The position numbers and the translations under genes are program-made. Below the pieces are notes generated by a model that worked only from the letters and a program-made list of their open reading frames with translations, did no database searches and was not told where the DNA came from. From assembly GCA_963741805.1 (NCBI GenBank), contig CAVUJR010000003.1, positions 56,876-120,875 on the forward strand: 64,000 nt of DNA. The letters are read 5' to 3'. How positions within the stretch are numbered: the first letter of the stretch is position 1; every line of letters begins with the position of its first letter. The stretch comes from an uncultured Chloroflexia bacterium (GTDB taxonomy: Bacteria > Chloroflexota > Chloroflexia > Thermomicrobiales > UBA6265). Positions 37,989 through 47,826 of the stretch are shown here, piece by piece.

Positions 37989-38933
37989 ATGGCTGATTTC
38001 ACGATGTCGTTGTTCGCGCTGGTCCTCGTCGTTGGGGCGGCGTTCGGGCTGGTGAACTGGGCGAAGCGGGCGGCGACTGGGGACCGCGCGGCGTCGATGG
38101 GCCTCTACCTCTTGTTCGGCATGCCCGGCGTGCTCCTGTTCGTCGCTGGCCTCGCACTGGTGTCCAACGGCAAGGAGGGCGGTTGGTTCGCGCTCGGTAT
38201 CGGGCTCGGGATGTCGCTGCCGCTCGTCCGCCGGTTCCGCGTGGCGCTCTCGAGAGTCACGCCGCTCGACCCGGAGTCCCCGATCGACTATTCGGGCCTC
38301 GCGATCCTGCTCTCCATCGCGGCGTTCCTCTTCTTCTCGCTCATCCTCAGCAACGAGCCCGTCGAGATCTCGCCGACCTCGACGGGCAGTATGGTGACGT
38401 CGCTCCTGATCAACCTGTTGACATTCCTCGGCCTGGCCTACGTTGCGGTGGGATACCGGAACTACCGAAATGGCGAGGAGGCGACGGTTCGTCTGGGTCT
38501 GACCCGTCCGACGGCCCAGCAGATACAGGTGGGCCTGATCGGCGTCGTCCCGGCGTTCGTCTTCGCGATCATCGGATCGGTACTGACGAACGTGCTCCAG
38601 CCGGACGTTGTCGACCGGCTCGGGGAGAACATCGACAACCTCACCTCAGGCGTGCAGAATCCCGCCGGCGCGATCCTGCTCGGCCTTTCGGCGGGCATCG
38701 GCGAGGAGGTGCTGTTCCGCGGAGCGCTCCAGCCGCGATTCGGCATCGTGCTGACGGCCGGCCTCTGGACGTTGCTGCATACCCAGTACGAACTGACGTG
38801 GATCATGGTCGGGCTCTTCCTTCTCGGCATGTTCCTCGGATGGATTCGCAAGCGCTATGGAACGGTCGCCGCGATCATCACGCATGCGACATACAACGCG
38901 CTGGTCGTGCTCTTGCAGATGACCATGAACTAG
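37989..38933 (+). CDS. CPBP-family intramembrane glutamic endopeptidase (CAAX protease-like)
   Basis: Motifs GIGEEVLFRG, LLH, and HATYNA in a polytopic membrane protein. Confidence 0.75.
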   Translation: MADFTMSLFALVLVVGAAFGLVNWAKRAATGDRAASMGLYLLFGMPGVLLFVAGLALVSNGKEGGWFALGIGLGMSLPLVRRFRVALSRVTPLDPESPIDYSGLAILLSIAAFLFFSLILSNEPVEISPTSTGSMVTSLLINLLTFLGLAYVAVGYRNYRNGEEATVRLGLTRPTAQQIQVGLIGVVPAFVFAIIGSVLTNVLQPDVVDRLGENIDNLTSGVQNPAGAILLGLSAGIGEEVLFRGALQPRFGIVLTAGLWTLLHTQYELTWIMVGLFLLGMFLGWIRKRYGTVAAIITHATYNALVVLLQMTMN

Positions 38934-39025
38934 GTCATGCTCCCCTGCATCTGAACAGGCGAGAGCAGCGAGCGAAGACGGTCCGGATGATCCCGGGATA
39001 ACGCATGAACGCAGCGGGGTGCCGC

Positions 39026-40636
39026 ATGAAAATCACCGAGATCCGGGATCTGGATGGGCCTAATCTCTTCTTGCCCGGCCCGGCGATCAAGCTCGAGGTC
39101 GAGGTCCCGGAGGGCGAGGCAATCCGCGTCGTCGACGAAACCGGTATTCAGGTCGATGCGACGCCAGAGGAGCTGATGGCCCGACTCCAGTCTGTCGTTC
39201 GTGATCTGCACCAGAGACTGGGTGCCGATGCGCCGGCATTCGCCTCCCGCGCAATGGAAGCGCCCGGCCACTATGTCGTCGCGTTCTCCTGGACGCATCG
39301 GCGGCTGTCCGAAGCATTGGCGAAATGCGCGTTCAGCCTCGTCAGCGGCGAGCGGAGCGACTTCGACGCGATCGTCGAGGAACTGAAGGCGCTCAACGAA
39401 AGCGCGCCGGACGACGACGACGCGCCGGAGATGCTGCCGACCGCGAGGCGAACCTTACCGATCATCGCGATCACCGGGACGAACGGCAAGACGACGACCT
39501 CTCGGCTGATCTCGTCGGTGCTTCGCCATGCCGGCCGCCGTGTCGGGACGACGTCGTCCGCCGGCGTGTTCATCAATGGCGAACAGGTCATTGCGGGCGA
39601 CTACTCGGGGCCGTCCGGCGCCCAGCGCGTCTTCCAGGAGCCCGGTCTCGACGTTGGCGTGCTCGAGACGGCGCGCGGCGGCATGCTGCTGCGCGGGCTG
39701 GCGTACGAGACGGCCGATGTCGGCGTGGTGACCAACGTCAGCGCCGACCATCTAGGCCTGCATGGGGTCTACACCGTCGAGGGGCTGGCGGAGGTGAAGT
39801 CGCTGGTTGTGCGGTACCTGCGACCGGACGGCTTCGCCGTTTTGAACGCCGACGACCCGCGTGTGCTGGCGATGCGAGACGTGACGCCGGCGCGCCCGTT
39901 CCTCGTCACCCGGCACGCGATCGCTCCGGACGTGCAGGCGCACATCGACGCCGGTGGCTGGGCCCTGACGGTCGACGATGCACAGGATGTGGTCTTTTGG
40001 CATGACGATGAGCAGGAGGTGCTGACCTCGCTCCGCGACGTACCGATGACCTTCCAGGGGCGGGCGCCGCATATGGTCGAGAACGCCCTGTGCGCGGCGG
40101 GCGCCTTGCTGGGAATCGGTCTGACTAATGTTGAGGTCAAGGCCGGCTTGGCCGCGTTCCACAACACGGCGAAGGACAACCGCGGTCGGTTGAACGTCTA
40201 CGACTACAACGGCGCCACGATCGTGCTCGACTTCGCGCACAACGTGGCCGGGCTGGAGCAGTTGGTCTCCTTTGGTCGCAACTTCCTCGGAGAGAGCGGT
40301 CAACTAACGACGGTGATCGGGACCGCTGGTGACCGTGAAGACGAGGTTTTCCGTGGCCTTGCGCGTGTTGCGGCGGAGCGCTCGGATGCCGTGGTGTTGA
40401 AGGACTCGCACCGCTACCTGCGCGGGCGCGAGATGGGCGACATGATCGCCCTCATGCGCGAGGGTATCGAGGCGAGTGGCCGCAGCGTCCCCGTCATGCA
40501 GGCTGACTCCGAGCGGGAGGCGAGCCTGATGGCGTTTGAGCGGGTGACGGCCGGCGATGTGATCTGCCTGATGTGTATCGAGGATTACGACTTCCTCATC
40601 CCCTGGCTCGATGAGCGGGGCCGTTCCATTTCCTGA
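39026..40636 (+). CDS. Cyanophycin-synthetase-like protein with N-domain and Mur-ligase-like M-domain only (no ATP-grasp domain)
   Basis: N-terminus MKITEIRDLDGPNLF..PAI parallels the CphA start. Residues ~150-537 align along their whole length with the M domain of the CphA at 53496..56132 (IAITGTNGKTTTSRLI...VLETARGG.LLRGL......VVTNV..DHLGL...). About 300 aa of ATP-grasp domain are absent. Confidence 0.7.
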   Translation: MKITEIRDLDGPNLFLPGPAIKLEVEVPEGEAIRVVDETGIQVDATPEELMARLQSVVRDLHQRLGADAPAFASRAMEAPGHYVVAFSWTHRRLSEALAKCAFSLVSGERSDFDAIVEELKALNESAPDDDDAPEMLPTARRTLPIIAITGTNGKTTTSRLISSVLRHAGRRVGTTSSAGVFINGEQVIAGDYSGPSGAQRVFQEPGLDVGVLETARGGMLLRGLAYETADVGVVTNVSADHLGLHGVYTVEGLAEVKSLVVRYLRPDGFAVLNADDPRVLAMRDVTPARPFLVTRHAIAPDVQAHIDAGGWALTVDDAQDVVFWHDDEQEVLTSLRDVPMTFQGRAPHMVENALCAAGALLGIGLTNVEVKAGLAAFHNTAKDNRGRLNVYDYNGATIVLDFAHNVAGLEQLVSFGRNFLGESGQLTTVIGTAGDREDEVFRGLARVAAERSDAVVLKDSHRYLRGREMGDMIALMREGIEASGRSVPVMQADSEREASLMAFERVTAGDVICLMCIEDYDFLIPWLDERGRSIS

Positions 40637-40748
40637 GCCAGCATTTGACGTATGGGGCTCTGGTCGCTAACCTGATGCGAAGGATAGTCAACGATCAACT
40701 AGGGTCGTGCGGCGGGTACATGCCCCCGGCGCGACCGGAGCAGCGACG

Positions 40749-41780
40749 ATGGCCACGGTAAGCCCACTCACATTCCACCCCGATCCCAAGACCGTCACCG
40801 GTCCGCGCGACAAGTTCGGGCGGACGATGAACTACTTGCGGATCTCGCTGACGGATCGCTGCAACTTCCGCTGCATGTACTGCATGCCCGCCGCGGGGAT
40901 GGTTTTCCAGCCGCGCGACGAGATGCTGACCGATGATGAGTTGGTCCGGCTTGTTGGTATTTTCGCCAAGGCGGGCGTGACGAAGCTACGCCTGACAGGC
41001 GGCGAGCCCACGGTGCGGCCACACCTGACCGAGTTGATCCGCGCGTTCAAATCGTTCCCGGGCATCAACGAGCTGTCCATGACAACGAACGCGCTCTTGC
41101 TCGGCAAGAAGGCGCAAGAATACAAGGACGCCGGTCTGGACCGTATCAACGTCAGCATCGACACCCTCGACCCGGTGAAGTTCCAGTTCATGACGCGCGG
41201 CGGCCGCTTCGACATGGTCTGGGACGGTATCAACGAAGCGGACCGCGTCGGTCTCGGCCCGATCAAGCTCAACAGTGTTGTCCTCCGTGGCCAGAACGAC
41301 CACGAAGTGCACAAGATGGCGGAGCTGACCATCGACAAGCCTTGGCAGGTACGATTCCTCGAGATCATGCCGATGGAGGGCGTCGGGCTTGTCTACGACG
41401 AGGGCCTCGTCACGTCCACGGAGACCCGCTCCGAGCTGGAGAAGCACTTCGGCCCGCTGGAGGAGCTTCCGGCGCCACCGGCCGATCCCGCTCGCCTCTG
41501 GAAGATTCCCGGCGCGAAGGGCACGATCGGCTTCATCTCGCCGATGTCAGAGCCGTTCTGCGAGACGTGCAACCGCGTCCGCCTGACCGCCGACGGGAAC
41601 CTGCGCCTCTGCCTGCTCCATGGCGACGAGGTGAACCTGCGCGACCTCGTGCGTGCCGGCGCGAGTGATGAGGACATCACGCAGGCCATGCTCGGCGGCA
41701 TCTGGAACAAGCCGTGGGGTCATGAAGCGTGGCAGCGCGAGATTCATACCGTTCGCGGGATGTCCCAGATCGGCGGATAG
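40749..41780 (+). CDS. moaA: GTP 3',8-cyclase (radical SAM)
   Basis: YLRISLTDRCNFRCMYCMP; a C-terminal Cys motif; ends GG. Confidence 0.9.
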   Translation: MATVSPLTFHPDPKTVTGPRDKFGRTMNYLRISLTDRCNFRCMYCMPAAGMVFQPRDEMLTDDELVRLVGIFAKAGVTKLRLTGGEPTVRPHLTELIRAFKSFPGINELSMTTNALLLGKKAQEYKDAGLDRINVSIDTLDPVKFQFMTRGGRFDMVWDGINEADRVGLGPIKLNSVVLRGQNDHEVHKMAELTIDKPWQVRFLEIMPMEGVGLVYDEGLVTSTETRSELEKHFGPLEELPAPPADPARLWKIPGAKGTIGFISPMSEPFCETCNRVRLTADGNLRLCLLHGDEVNLRDLVRAGASDEDITQAMLGGIWNKPWGHEAWQREIHTVRGMSQIGG

Positions 41781-42007
41781 GCCACTTTAACGTCCCAGTT
41801 GGCGGATGTGGGCCCTGGCGCGTGCGCCGGGGCCGCATTGTGTCCATCGCACATGCCGCCTTCGTGTGCGGAAAGAGCATGCGGATGTGTTGACATGAGG
41901 CACAACTTGTCCTGAAACCCTGCAACCGATAGAGTACGTACAGGTATGAGCGCGCCGGCTCGTCGGCGTGCCCACGGGGGAACACTCATCGGGGGAAGGG
42001 AGCGCGG

Positions 42008-43435
42008 ATGTCTGCACAAGCTGGGGGCGGCTGGCTCGAACGCCAGTTCAAGCTGTCCCAACTCGGGACGAACGTCCAGACCGAAATCATCGCCGGTCTG
42101 ACGACATTCATGGTCATGTCCTACATCATCGCGGTGAATCCGGCGACGCTGACCTTCGGCGGAACGGGCGAGCTGACGATCACACAGGTGGCCACCGTCA
42201 CCGCGCTGGTCGCCGGTGTCATGTCCATCGTTATGGGTCTGTACACGAACCGGGCCATCGCGATTGCGCCGGGCCTCGGCATCAACGCGATCGTGGCCTA
42301 CACGCTTGTGGGCAGCATGGGTCTCTCGTTCCCGGAGGCGATGGGCGTCATCGTCACCGAGGGCCTGATCATCACGCTGCTGGTGGTCACCGGCATTCGG
42401 CGCTACGTGTTGGAGGTCGTGCCGCTGGTCCTGAAGAAGGCGATCAGCGTCGGTATCGGCCTGTTCATCCTGTTCCTTGGCCTGAAGAACGCCGGCATCA
42501 TCCGCTTCCATAGCGGCGTACTCGGCGAGAATGGCGAGATGGGGACCTACACAGGGCGCCTGGACCTTGCGCCGTTGAACACCTGGCCGATCTTCGTCGC
42601 CATGGTCGGACTGCTGGTCATGCTCGTGCTCATGGCCCGCAACGTTAAGGCCGCGATCTTCTGGGGCATCGTGGTCGCGACCGTGATCGCGTTCATTGTG
42701 CCTGGTGACGTCGCGAAGATGCCGGCGGAACCCTTCGGCGGGCCCGATTTCAGCCTTATCGGCGACTTCAGCTTCAACTACTGGGGCAAGCTCGGCGCCT
42801 TGACCTCGATCCTCGTCATCATCAGCATCATGCTGTCCGACTTCTTCGATACCATGGGCACGCTTATCGGCGTCGGCGCCCAGGCGGGCTATCTCGACGA
42901 GAACGGTGAGCTGCCGGACGCGGACAAGCCACTGCTGGTCGACTCCCTGGCGGCGGTGGCCGGTGGCGCGCTCAGCGCGTCCTCGGCGACGTCGTACATC
43001 GAATCGGCGGCCGGCGTCAGCGTCGGTGGCCGCTCGGGCCTGACGGTCGTGACGACGGGCATCCTCTTCCTGCTCTCGCTGCCGCTGGTGGCGCTGGTCG
43101 AGGCGATCCCGGGGTCCGCGACGGCTCCGGCACTGATCGTGGTCGGCCTGCTCATGATGAGCGTGCTTGCTGATGACGAGGGGACCGATCGCCAGGGCAG
43201 GAAGCGCGGCATCAACTGGAACGACATCGAGGATGCGTTCCCGGTCGCGCTGACGATGCTGGTCATGCCGTTCACCTTCAACATCACGTACGGCATCGGC
43301 GCGGGCTTTATCAGCTACGTGCTGATCAAGGTCGCCAAGGGACATGCGCGGCAGGTGAACCCGGCGATGTACGGTGTCGCCATCCTCTTCTTGCTGTACT
43401 TCCTGCGCTGGGTGCTTTTCGACGCCCAGTTCTAG
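42008..43435 (+). CDS. NCS2-family purine (adenine/guanine/hypoxanthine, AzgA-like) permease
   Basis: N-terminus FKL...GT.V.TEI.AG.TTF..M.YII.VNP. About 13 TM helices. Confidence 0.85.
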   Translation: MSAQAGGGWLERQFKLSQLGTNVQTEIIAGLTTFMVMSYIIAVNPATLTFGGTGELTITQVATVTALVAGVMSIVMGLYTNRAIAIAPGLGINAIVAYTLVGSMGLSFPEAMGVIVTEGLIITLLVVTGIRRYVLEVVPLVLKKAISVGIGLFILFLGLKNAGIIRFHSGVLGENGEMGTYTGRLDLAPLNTWPIFVAMVGLLVMLVLMARNVKAAIFWGIVVATVIAFIVPGDVAKMPAEPFGGPDFSLIGDFSFNYWGKLGALTSILVIISIMLSDFFDTMGTLIGVGAQAGYLDENGELPDADKPLLVDSLAAVAGGALSASSATSYIESAAGVSVGGRSGLTVVTTGILFLLSLPLVALVEAIPGSATAPALIVVGLLMMSVLADDEGTDRQGRKRGINWNDIEDAFPVALTMLVMPFTFNITYGIGAGFISYVLIKVAKGHARQVNPAMYGVAILFLLYFLRWVLFDAQF

Positions 43436-43510
43436 TCGACGATGCGATGCGGGGCCGGGGAGTGTGCAATGTGTGCCGCTCCCCGGTCGCGCCGTTAACA
43501 GGAGCATTCG

Positions 43511-44483
43511 ATGACCATACGGCCGGAGATACGCAAGGTCGTTTTCACATATGAGGCCGAATCCGGGCTGCAGGATGCCGTGCGCGAGATCGTGCCAGGC
43601 GCGACGATCGTGCTCTGCGATTCGGACGACGACCTGCGGCGCGAGATCGTCGACGCGCAGATGACGATCGGCGGCAGGATCGATGACGAGACGCTGGAGT
43701 CGGCGTCGGAGTTGGCCTGGCATCACGTGCCGTGGGCGGGTGTCGAGCGCATCGCCACGCCCCTGATGGCGGAGAAGGGCGTCGTGTTGACCAACAGCCG
43801 TGGCATCAGCGCGCCGAACATGGCCGAGCACGCCATCGCGTTCATGCTGGCGTTCGGGCGAGCGTTGCCGGAGTTCTGGAAAGAGCAGCAGGCGAAGTCA
43901 TGGCGGGGGTGGTACGAGCGCCCGACATTCTTCGAGCTTACCGGCCAAACCGTGCTCTTGCTTGGTACCGGGGCGATCGGGCAGGCGATCGCCGAGCGGT
44001 TGCGGCCGTTCGGATGCCGCCTGATCGGCGCACGTCGGACCGGCGGACAACTGGATGGCCTCGATGAGGTTGTCACGTTCGACGCGCTGCCCCGTGTCCT
44101 GCCGAGTGTGGATCATGTTGTTAGCACTTTGCCGATGACGCCGCACACGGCGGGGATCTTCAACCGGGACCTCATCGAGGCAATGAAGCCGGGATCGTAT
44201 TTCTACAACCTTGGACGGGGTGGCACGGTCGACCAGGACGCGTTGATCGACGCGTTGAAGAGCGGCCATATCGCCGGCGCCGGGCTGGACGTCACCGATC
44301 CGGAGCCGCTACCGGCGGATTCGCCCACTGTGGGACGCGCCGAACGTCCTGATTACCGGTCACACCTCCGGCGCATCCCCGATGACCGGAGCGCGCGCGA
44401 TCGAGGTGCTGCGCGAGAACCTGCGGGCATACGTGGCTGGCGAGCCCCTGATCAACGTCGTCGATTTCGAGATGGGATATTAG
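43511..44483 (+). pseudogene. D-isomer-specific 2-hydroxyacid dehydrogenase, single frameshift near 44324-44327
   Basis: The NAD motif GTGAIGQAIA and RGG..D..AL are intact. After LPADSP the frame must shift by -1 to read LWDAPNVLITGHTSGASP...NVVDFEMGY*, ending at TAG 44481-44483. The listed ORF instead runs on to 44755 as Arg-rich sequence. Confidence 0.75.
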
Positions 44484-44498
44484 CGGCCTGGAAACGCA

Positions 44499-44540
44499 AA
44501 GACGGCCATCGGACGACCTGTCGTCCGGTGGCCGTCTTCC
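44499..44540. terminator. Bidirectional terminator between convergent genes
   Basis: AAAGACGGCCATCGGACGAC-ctg-TCGTCCGGTGGCCGTCTT hairpin. Confidence 0.65.
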
Positions 44541-44554
44541 TCTCCGAATGTCAC

Positions 44555-45745
44555 TCAGCTCTCGCGGTGAGCGCCGGGACCGAATGTGCAGACCTGAAAC
44601 GGCTGGTCGCTCGTGACCGGATGCTCCGCGTAGAAGCCGCCACGGAGCGCCTCGGCGACGCTATCGACGGCGTCGCGCCGGAGCAGGACGAGCGCCGGGC
44701 CACCTTCGCCGCCGCCCATCATACGCGCGCCGAGCACGCCGGGCAGCCCGCGTAGCGCGTGGACCAGTTCCTCGACGACAGGATGGCTGATCTCGTAGTC
44801 GACAGCGGAGCTTTCCCCGGACGCGTTCATCAACTCCCCGAAACGTTCCCAATCGCCTTGTCGTGCGACGTCCTCTGCCTCGCGCACACGGCGGGTCTCC
44901 GTCACGACATGGCGAACGCGGCGCACGAGCGTGGGGGAGAGGATGTCGCCCAGCCGATCCTCGGCATCGTCCCAGAACGGCTCGAACGCGGCCACGTTCG
45001 GTAAAGAGACGTCGAACGCCCCTTCGAGCGCGCTACGGGCGTCCTCAGCCTCCTGGACGCGTGTTCCATACGACGATGTGCGCAGGGATCGGTCCACTCC
45101 GGAGTCCGCGACGGCGAAGACCAGCTCTCCGAGGTCGGGCTCGATGCGCTCAAAGGAATTGTCCCGGCCGTCAAAACGGATCATGTAACCCGCCACGGAA
45201 GACGACTGGTCCATGGCGCCAACCGGGGAGCCCGCGCGGTGTTCCGCGTCGCGTGCGATCGCCACCATCTGGTACGGGTCGATGTCGTCGACCGTAAGCG
45301 CGAGGATTGTGGCGAGACAGAACGCCGCGGAGGAGCTCATGCCGAAGCCTGGAGGGATGTTGCCGGCGACCGCGAGCCCGACGCCGCTACGGAAAGGGAT
45401 CCCGCGCGACGCCAATGCGGCGACGATGCCCTTCACGTAGACGATGGGCCCGTGATCCTCCCGGGAGGCGCGCCAGTCGCCGATGGCCATCGGCGCGAAC
45501 GACGCGGCGCCCTCGCCTGTGTCCGGCGCGACCAAGGCTATCGAACGCGAGTCTTCGATCGGCCCGACGGCCATGACCAGCACGCGGTCGATCGCGGCGG
45601 CGAGGACCGGGCCACCGTTGTAGTCGATATGGTTCCCGATCAGTTCGATGCGGCCAGGCGCGACGCTCCAGCCGTCGGGCAACCAGCCCGCACCGAAGGC
45701 GTTGCGTCCTGCTTCCTCGGCCCGGGCTTTCAACTCCTCGTGCAT
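44555..45745 (-). CDS. galK: Galactokinase / GHMP-family sugar kinase
   Basis: Motifs APGRIELIGNHIDYNGG and PPGFGMSSSAA. Confidence 0.75.
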   Translation of the reverse strand: MHEELKARAEEAGRNAFGAGWLPDGWSVAPGRIELIGNHIDYNGGPVLAAAIDRVLVMAVGPIEDSRSIALVAPDTGEGAASFAPMAIGDWRASREDHGPIVYVKGIVAALASRGIPFRSGVGLAVAGNIPPGFGMSSSAAFCLATILALTVDDIDPYQMVAIARDAEHRAGSPVGAMDQSSSVAGYMIRFDGRDNSFERIEPDLGELVFAVADSGVDRSLRTSSYGTRVQEAEDARSALEGAFDVSLPNVAAFEPFWDDAEDRLGDILSPTLVRRVRHVVTETRRVREAEDVARQGDWERFGELMNASGESSAVDYEISHPVVEELVHALRGLPGVLGARMMGGGEGGPALVLLRRDAVDSVAEALRGGFYAEHPVTSDQPFQVCTFGPGAHRES

Positions 45746-46464
45746 GGAGTTAGCGCCGCATCTTGACCGATTTGAAGTGCCTCGGCCAGCTCGAAGGGCT
45801 GGTCCTTGGCGAGTTCCTCGTGCCGCTCGCGAAGTCGCTCGGCCAGACCTTCTCCGTCGCCGACCTGCGACTGGTGCGCCTTCAATGCGTCGATCTTTCC
45901 CTCGAACGTGTCCGTGATGTCGACGAAGACGTCTGGTACCTCGGAGCCGAAGTACCAGATCTCAGCCGTCTTGTGCGGCTCGATGCCCTCGGCGAGATGG
46001 TCCGGGAAGTAGAGATGATCTCGAGCGGTGGGGTAGACGGAGTCATGCGTCGCCAGGCCGACGCCGCGGTGATCTGGGTGCATCGCATAGGGGCGGAATG
46101 GATCGTGGGTGATGACGACATCCGGCTTGTGGACACGGATTTGTTTGACGATTTTCTCGCGCAAGGCTATGTCCGGCATGACATGGCCATCGCCCTCGTG
46201 GAGGAAGACCACCTCCGCGACCCCCATCCGTCGGGCGGCTTCCTGAAGCTCCGCCTCGCGCGTCGCCTGGAGGGTTTCCGGCGTGAACGACCGGTCGGCT
46301 GTGCCGCGGTCACCCGAAGTGACCTGGATCAGGATGCACCGCTTACCTGCCTGTGCCAGCTTGATGACCGTCCCCGCGGAGGAGAACTCGAGATCGTCCG
46401 GATGGGCGACCACCCACATGAACGTGTCGTAATCCTGCATGTAGTCCGACGTAGCGTTATCCAT
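45730..46464 (-). CDS. PIG-L/LmbE-family N-acetylglucosaminyl deacetylase (MshB/BshB-like)
   Basis: Motifs VVAHPDDLEF, HPDH, and the family layout. The 3' end may carry a 1-nt indel: the alternative reading ...LAEALKSVKMRR* stops at 45750, 4 nt before the galK ATG. Confidence 0.7.
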   Translation of the reverse strand: MDNATSDYMQDYDTFMWVVAHPDDLEFSSAGTVIKLAQAGKRCILIQVTSGDRGTADRSFTPETLQATREAELQEAARRMGVAEVVFLHEGDGHVMPDIALREKIVKQIRVHKPDVVITHDPFRPYAMHPDHRGVGLATHDSVYPTARDHLYFPDHLAEGIEPHKTAEIWYFGSEVPDVFVDITDTFEGKIDALKAHQSQVGDGEGLAERLRERHEELAKDQPFELAEALQIGQDAALTPCTRS

Positions 46465-47808
46465 TGCGCTTTCCTGACTCCTCCTGCGATTGCTTCACCA
46501 GCATATCCAGCTCTTGCACGACCACGGCCCGCGGCACTTCACGCTGCTCGCCGGTCGCGAGGTTCTTGATCGAGACCTCTCCTCGCTGGAGCTCGTCCGT
46601 GCCGAGGATGGCGGCGAACGGGATCCCGCGGCGATCGGCGTACTTGAGCTGCGCGCCGATACCCTTGTTGGTGATCACCGACTGGTCGACCCGCAGCCCC
46701 TCATCGCGCAGCTCGCGCGCGAGCAGCGACGCGTCAGCCAGCGTCTCCTCGACAAACACCATCATCACATCGGCGACGGATTTCCGCGCGGGGAGGAGGT
46801 CGAATTCCTGGATAACTTCGAGAATGCGCTCGATGCCAAGCGAGATGCCGGTCGCCGGGACATCACGACCAAGGAACGTGCCGACCAGTCCGTCGTAGCG
46901 GCCGCCACGACGGCGACCGAGCCGACTTTGGGCTCCTCGACCACCGCTTCGTAGACCGGGCCAGTGTAGTAATCGAGGCCGCGAGCCAGGGCGAGATCGA
47001 TGCGGTACATGCTTTTCGGCACACCCAGGCGCTCGACGTTGTCGATGAGCTCGCGCAGTTCCTGCACGGCCTTCGCGCCTTGCGGCACATCGGCGAGTCG
47101 GTCGCCGGCAAATGCCAGCAGCTCGTCGTTCGTGCCCTTCGTGGTCACGATGTCGAGTACCTGGTTGGCGGCATCTTCCGAGACGCCGTTGCGCTGCATC
47201 TCGGCGAACACGCCGTCACGCCCGATCTTGTCGAGCTTGTCGATCGACCGGTAGATCGTATGCGCCTGCTCCGCCGGGACGCCGGCGATGGTTGCAAGGG
47301 CTTCCAGCAGCTGCCGGTGATTGATGACCACCACCGCACGGCCGAGACCGATCTGCTGCAGCGCGTCAGTCAGCACGTTCACCGCCTCAGCGTCGGCAAG
47401 GGCGGAAGAGGAGCCGACGATATCGGCGTCACACTGCCAGAACTCGCGGAAGCGACCGCGCTGGGGCTTCTCCGCGCGCCAGACAGGTGCCATGTGGTAG
47501 CGCTTGAACGGCATGACGAGGTCGTTCTGGTGCATCGCGACGACCCGGGCCAGCGGCACGGTGAGGTCGTAGCGGAGCCCGACTTCGCGTTCGCCCTGAT
47601 CCTGAAAGTGGTACATGAGCTTCTCGTTCTCGCCGGCCTTGCCGGTGAGGATCTCCATGTACTCCAGCGCCGGGGTATCGAGCGGCTCGAAGCCATGCTG
47701 CTCGAAGACCGAGCGGATGATGCCGAGCACGCGCTGGCGCAGCAGCATGTGCTCGGGAAGGTAATCGCGGAAGCCCTTGAGGACCTGCGGCTTACGTGTC
47801 GGTGCCAA
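46457..47808 (-). pseudogene. hisS: Histidine--tRNA ligase, frameshift near 46907-46911
   Basis: ORF 46765..47808 carries class-II motifs 1 and 2 up to ...EEPKVGSVA. The expected GGGRYDGLVGTFLGRDVPATGISLGIERI... is present in another frame and runs into ORF 46457..46768 (the anticodon-binding domain). Confidence 0.85.
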
Positions 47809-47826
47809 GATGCGGTCTCCCTGGTA

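Noticed and set aside
41930-42007. Guanidine-II (mini-ykkC)-like CCC-ACGG-GGG hairpin, or a purine aptamer, upstream of the permease.
   Set aside because: There is only one ACGR-loop hairpin, whereas two are required. The purine-riboswitch junction consensus is absent, and the gene context does not fit guanidine exporters.
41744-43831. Very long antisense ORFs: 695 aa here; also 53352..55250 (632 aa), 50313..51890 (525 aa), 24549..26024 (491 aa), 9929..11236 (435 aa) and 14634..15728 (364 aa).
   Set aside because: They lie opposite genes with unmistakable homology (NCS2 permease/moaA, cphA, the methyltransferase fusion, leuS, the PPIase, otsB). Their translations are Arg/Asp/His/Gly-rich low-complexity sequence, typical of stop-poor antisense frames in high-GC DNA.
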